From positions 3,464,165-3,528,164 of the forward strand of contig CP064972.1 of NCBI GenBank assembly GCA_016699405.1: a stretch of DNA of 64,000 nucleotides. The letters run 5' to 3'. How positions within the stretch are numbered: the stretch's first letter is position 1; every line of letters begins with the position of its first letter. The notes under the pieces were generated by a model. It was not told the origin of the DNA. It worked only from the letters and a program-made list of their open reading frames with translations, and ran no database searches. This DNA is from Holophagales bacterium. GTDB lineage: Bacteria > Acidobacteriota > Thermoanaerobaculia > Multivoradales > JAGPDF01. This document shows, piece by piece, positions 59,986 to 64,000 of the stretch. A program made the translations under genes and the position numbers.

Positions 59986-60537
59986 ATGAAGATCGATTAC
60001 GTGGCACGCAACTTCGAGCTGGACGAGCGTCTCAAGAGCCTGACCGCGAAGAAACTGGCGAAGGTGGCCAAGTTCCTTTCCGATCCGGTCGAAGCGCGAG
60101 TGGCCTTGAGCCAGGAGAAGTTCCGCTTCACCTGCGACCTCCACGTCGCTCACCGTGCCGGCGAGCTCCACTCGAACGTCGAGAGCCACGACGCGCAGGA
60201 AGCCCTGGAGTCGGCGATCGACGGGGTCGAGGAACAGGCCAAGCGCGGCCGGCAGAAGAGCGTCGACCGCCGGCGGCGGGCGAACCGGGCAGCCGAGCGC
60301 GTGGCGAACTGGCCGGTCTCGGTGGTCGAGCCGGCGACGCTCGGAAATGACGGCGGGCCGCAGGTCCTCCGCACCGAACACATGCCCATCAAGCCGATGA
60401 GCCTCGAGGAGGCGGCGATGGCCCTCGAGGACTCCGAACACGGCTTCGTCGTCTTCCGCGACGCGACCTCCGAGAAGGTCAGCGTCCTCTATCGCCGCAA
60501 GGACGACAACTTCGGCCTCATCGCACCCGAGCTCTGA
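59986..60537 (+). CDS. hpf: Ribosome hibernation promoting factor (long form).
   Basis: Sigma-54 modulation protein fold (MKIDYVARNFELDERLKSL...) plus a C-terminal dimerisation extension. Confidence 0.9.
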   Translation: MKIDYVARNFELDERLKSLTAKKLAKVAKFLSDPVEARVALSQEKFRFTCDLHVAHRAGELHSNVESHDAQEALESAIDGVEEQAKRGRQKSVDRRRRANRAAERVANWPVSVVEPATLGNDGGPQVLRTEHMPIKPMSLEEAAMALEDSEHGFVVFRDATSEKVSVLYRRKDDNFGLIAPEL

Positions 60538-60545
60538 GCCAGACC

Positions 60546-61517
60546 ATGGACCGCACCGGCGAGCCGGCTCACGTTCGCGTCCGCGAACTGCTGGGTGAAG
60601 AGCTCCGCGAGCTCGAATTCTCGCTGCTCGCCGGCGAGGGCGGCCTCGAGAACCGCATCACCAATCCGCGCGTCCAGAAGCCCGGCTTGGCCTTTGCCGG
60701 ATACTTCCGTTACATCAAGCCGGGGCGCGTCCAGATCGTCGGCGAGAGCGAAGTCGAGTACTTGGCGACGCTCTCGCCCGAGCTTCGTGCGGAACGGTGT
60801 CAGAAGATCGCCGAGCTTCCCGTTCCGGTCTTCATCGTCACCAAGGGTTTCGCGCCGCCGTCCGACCTGCTCGAGGAGTGTCGCCGGCGCGAAGTGCCGA
60901 TGCTGACGACCCGAGCGCTCTCGTCGCACGTGATCAAGCGGCTCAGCTACTTCCTCGAGGATCACCTGGTTCCTTCCACCCACGTCCACGGCGTGCTGCT
61001 CGACGTCTTCGGTCTCGGCGTCCTGCTCATCGGCGGCAGTGGGGTGGGGAAGAGCGAGTCGGCTCTCGACCTGATCACTCGCGGGCACAGTCTGGTGGCC
61101 GACGATCGCGTGACGATCAAGCGGTACCCGAGCGGCGACCTGGTCGGGTTTGCCGAGGGACCGTGCAAACACCACATGGAGCTTCGCGGCATCGGGATTG
61201 TCAACGTCAAGGAGCTCTTCGGTCTGGCCTCGGTGCGCGAGCGCAAGACGATCGACCTCGTGATCGAGCTCGAACACTGGGTCGAGGGAAAGCACTACGA
61301 GCGGCTCGGCCTGGACGAGGTCGTCTACAGCATTCTGGAGACGCCGATCCCGTTCATCCACATGCCCGTCGCTCTCGGAAGAAACATCTCGATCCTGGTC
61401 GAGATCGCGGCCCGCAACCATGTCCTGAAGCTCCTGGGGACGAACTCCGCGCGCGATTTCGCGCGCAAGCTGGAGGAGCAGCTTGAGCGGAACCGACGTG
61501 CCCTCGGCGCCCGTTAG
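60546..61517 (+). CDS. hprK: HPr kinase/phosphorylase.
   Basis: P-loop GGSGVGKSE and the HprK signature LVADD...ELRGIGI. Confidence 0.9.
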   Translation: MDRTGEPAHVRVRELLGEELRELEFSLLAGEGGLENRITNPRVQKPGLAFAGYFRYIKPGRVQIVGESEVEYLATLSPELRAERCQKIAELPVPVFIVTKGFAPPSDLLEECRRREVPMLTTRALSSHVIKRLSYFLEDHLVPSTHVHGVLLDVFGLGVLLIGGSGVGKSESALDLITRGHSLVADDRVTIKRYPSGDLVGFAEGPCKHHMELRGIGIVNVKELFGLASVRERKTIDLVIELEHWVEGKHYERLGLDEVVYSILETPIPFIHMPVALGRNISILVEIAARNHVLKLLGTNSARDFARKLEEQLERNRRALGAR

Positions 61518-62370
61518 ACTGGCCTTGATCACCGGGATGTCCGGGTCCGGCCGGAGCACGGTCGCCAAGTGCTTCGAGGATCTCGGCTACTACTGCGTCG
61601 ACAACCTGCCGCTCCCGCTGCTGCGTCAGTTCATCGCCCGCCCCTCGGAGCTCGTGGAGGGTCGGGACCGGATCGCCGTGGTTGCCGACGTCCGGACCTC
61701 TGGGTTCGAGGAGGAGTTCCCCGACCTGCTCGAGGAGATCGACCGCCAGCGGGTCGAGGCGACGCTGCTCTTCCTCGAGGCCTCCGACGAGGTGCTGATC
61801 CGCAGGTTCTCCGAGACGCGGCGGCCGCATCCCCTCGCTCCGGACGCTCCGCTCGCCGAGGGGATCCGCCGCGAACGCGAGCTTCTCTCCGAGCTCCGGG
61901 GACGAGCTGACCTCGTCCTCGACACCAGTGAGTGGTCGATCCACGAGATTCGCGGGGTAATTCATCGCGAATTCGCCGAACCGGAGGACGCCGGCCACTC
62001 GATGGTCGTCTCGCTGATCAGCTTCGGCTTCAAGTACGGTCAGCCCTACGGCGCCGACCTGGTGTTCGACGTTCGATTCCTGCCGAATCCGCACTTCGTG
62101 CCGGGACTGCGGGAACGGACCGGACAAGAGGAGCCGGTGCAGATCTACCTCGACCACCAACCCGATTTCGGCGAGCTCCTGCAGCGCCTGTCGGATCTCC
62201 TCGTCTACCTGCTGCCCAGGTATCGCCGAGAGAACCGGCGTTATCTGTCGATCGCCGTGGGCTGCACCGGGGGTCGCCACCGTTCTGTGGCGGTCGCGGA
62301 GCGGCTGGCTGCGGCGCTCGACCGCGCGGGGTGGAGCGTCCGGCTCATCCATCGAGACATCGAGCGCTGA
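61483..62370 (+). CDS. rapZ: RNase adapter protein RapZ (YhbJ).
   Basis: P-loop ITGMSGSGRSTV, C-terminal GCTGGRHRSV, and a conserved central region. The start (TTG at 61483 or a GTG slightly downstream) is uncertain. Confidence 0.85.
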   Translation: MSGTDVPSAPVRLALITGMSGSGRSTVAKCFEDLGYYCVDNLPLPLLRQFIARPSELVEGRDRIAVVADVRTSGFEEEFPDLLEEIDRQRVEATLLFLEASDEVLIRRFSETRRPHPLAPDAPLAEGIRRERELLSELRGRADLVLDTSEWSIHEIRGVIHREFAEPEDAGHSMVVSLISFGFKYGQPYGADLVFDVRFLPNPHFVPGLRERTGQEEPVQIYLDHQPDFGELLQRLSDLLVYLLPRYRRENRRYLSIAVGCTGGRHRSVAVAERLAAALDRAGWSVRLIHRDIER

Positions 62371-62378
62371 GGGACGCG

Positions 62379-62822
62379 ATGCGCGGCATTCTGATCGTGA
62401 CTCACGGTCACCTCGCTCCGGAGCTCCTGGAGACGGCGAAGACGATCCTCGGCCGTGAGCTGCAGAACGTTCGGGCGCTCTCTCTCGAGTGGACCGAGGG
62501 CTGGGACGAGGCGAGAACGAAGATCGCCGCCGAGATCGCCGCGTTCGCCCCTGGCACCGAAGGCGTCCTGGTGCTGACCGACCTCCACGGCGACACGCCC
62601 TCACGAGCGGCTGCCAGTTTTCAGGAGCCGGGGCGCGTCGAGGTGGTGACCGGTGTCAATCTGCCGATGGTGGTGCGCCTCGGATGCGCAGAGCCTGAAC
62701 AACGTTCGCTCACCGAGTTGGCGCACTGGATCGAGGTCAAGGGCCGGAGGGCGATCCGTCGCGCCGATCCGCCAGCCGCCGAATCGCATCCGCGAACCGT
62801 AGACGGCGACTCGGAAAGCTAG
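62379..62822 (+). CDS. PTS EIIA component, mannose/fructose (Man) family.
   Basis: MRGILIVTHGHLAPELLETAKTILG contains the EIIA-Man phosphorylatable His context (THG). 147 aa. Confidence 0.75.
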   Translation: MRGILIVTHGHLAPELLETAKTILGRELQNVRALSLEWTEGWDEARTKIAAEIAAFAPGTEGVLVLTDLHGDTPSRAAASFQEPGRVEVVTGVNLPMVVRLGCAEPEQRSLTELAHWIEVKGRRAIRRADPPAAESHPRTVDGDSES

Positions 62823-62834
62823 GACCGGAGCCCC

Positions 62835-63104
62835 ATGATCGAGAAGGAGATCGCTGTCGTCAACCGCCTCGGACTGCATGCCCGAGCCGCGGCCAAGCTT
62901 GTCCATCTTGCCGGGTCCTTCCGCAGCCAGGTCACCCTCAGCCGGGACGGCGAACAGGTCGACGGGAAGAGCATCCTGGGAATCCTCCTGCTCGCCGTGC
63001 CGCAAGGAACTCGACTCTCGCTGAGATGCGACGGGGAGGACGAAGGCCGGGCGGCCGAGGCGCTGGAAGCCCTGTTCGCTGACCGATTCGGAGAGGGCGA
63101 GTGA
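62835..63104 (+). CDS. ptsH: Phosphocarrier protein HPr.
   Basis: Active-site His15 region (NRLGLHARAA) and the Ser46 region (GKSILGILLL). Confidence 0.9.
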   Translation: MIEKEIAVVNRLGLHARAAAKLVHLAGSFRSQVTLSRDGEQVDGKSILGILLLAVPQGTRLSLRCDGEDEGRAAEALEALFADRFGEGE

Positions 63105-64000
63105 GCGAGAGTCGGAAAGCGACGCGCGTCTTTTCCGGCCTTGCCGTCTCCGAAGGCGTGGCGATCGGTCACGCGGTTTCGATCCTCAGCCGCACGGTGG
63201 ACATCGTCCGGTTCCCCTTGCAGGACGATGCCATCGAAGGTGAGCTGTCGAGATTCCGCGAAGCCGTCGCAGGAACCCACGACACCATCGAAGCGACCCA
63301 CGGCAAGGCAGGGGAGTTCCTCGGCGACGAGCTGGCGGCAATCTTCACCGCGCACGCCCTGCTGCTGGCCGACCCGTCGTTCGTCGGATTCATCGAACAA
63401 CGGATTCGCCAGGAGAGGGTCAACGCGGAGTGGGCGGTTCACCAGACCTCGACCGAGCTGATCAGCCGATTCGAGCGCATGGAGGACCCCTACCTCCGGG
63501 AGCGCAGTCACGACGTCGAAGACGTCAGTCGCCAGCTGCTCCGCACGCTTCAGGGTGTCGGCCACCACGAGCTCTCCGAGCTCCAGGGCGACGTGATCGT
63601 GGTGGCCGACGACCTCACTCCTTCGGAGGCGATCCGACTCGGCCGAGGTCGAGTCGTCGGATTCGCCGTGGAGAGCGGCGGGCTCACCTCCCACACGTCG
63701 ATCATCGCGCGCTCACTTCACCTCCCGGCGGTTTGCGGGTTGGCGGGCGTGACCGGGCTCGTCACCACCGACGACCCGGTCGTCCTCGATGGCAGCGCCG
63801 GGTCGTTGATCCTCCATCCGGGTGACGAGACGCTCGAGCGCTATCGCCAGGTCCAGCGCGAGCAGGAAGAATGTGATCTGGCGAGCGAAGTTGATTCGCA
63901 GCAGCCCTGCGTGACGGCCGACGGAGTCGCGATCGAGCTGATGGCCAACATCGACCTTCCCGAGGAGATCGAGGCGATCACGCGATTCGGGGCGCGAGGC
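63101..64000 (+). CDS. ptsI: Phosphoenolpyruvate-protein phosphotransferase (enzyme I), 5' portion only; it continues past the window end.
   Basis: N-terminal HPr-binding domain and a PEP-utilizer phospho-His domain (GGLTSHTSIIARSLHLPAV). GTG start overlapping the ptsH stop. Confidence 0.9.
   Translation, partial: MSESRKATRVFSGLAVSEGVAIGHAVSILSRTVDIVRFPLQDDAIEGELSRFREAVAGTHDTIEATHGKAGEFLGDELAAIFTAHALLLADPSFVGFIEQRIRQERVNAEWAVHQTSTELISRFERMEDPYLRERSHDVEDVSRQLLRTLQGVGHHELSELQGDVIVVADDLTPSEAIRLGRGRVVGFAVESGGLTSHTSIIARSLHLPAVCGLAGVTGLVTTDDPVVLDGSAGSLILHPGDETLERYRQVQREQEECDLASEVDSQQPCVTADGVAIELMANIDLPEEIEAITRFGARG

Overview
This is a high-GC (~70%) bacterial chromosomal window, densely packed with housekeeping genes; about 65 genes are listed, nearly all on the + strand. 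I found no CRISPR array, transposase, integrase or phage module, so it reads as core genome rather than an accessory island. No single feature identifiable from sequence alone qualifies as an obviously novel self-contained system. The most interesting material is a set of unusual domain architectures and orphan transporter parts: (a) the transporter cluster at 42886-48153, three permease-less ABC ATPases plus a TolC-like protein and a Yip1 protein; (b) a cNMP-binding/FHA fusion protein; (c) a DUF4388-like protein carrying a J-like domain with HPS in place of HPD, plus TPR repeats; (d) a fused LptC/LptA-like periplasmic protein; (e) RluB with a ~230-aa Arg-rich tail. Conserved gene neighbourhoods make most calls secure: lolB-like/ispE/spoVG/tRNA-Gln/prs/rplY/pth; rpsF/rpsR/rplI; uvrB/uvrC; trpS/scpA/scpB/rluB/cmk/queG/rpsA/ihfB; lpxB/msbA/DUF374/yicC/gmk/rpoZ/coaBC; and lptC-A/lptB/rpoN/hpf/hprK/rapZ/EIIA(Man)/ptsH/ptsI. 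Three RNA genes that the ORF track cannot show were found by reading the DNA: tRNA-Gln(UUG), RNase P RNA (rnpB) and tRNA-Leu(CAA). Two near-consensus sigma70-type promoters and one intrinsic terminator are called. The many very long antisense ORFs in the track (up to 1300 aa) are treated as high-GC stop-codon-depletion artefacts opposite conserved genes. Coordinates of RNA ends and of several start codons (GTG/TTG candidates) are approximate.
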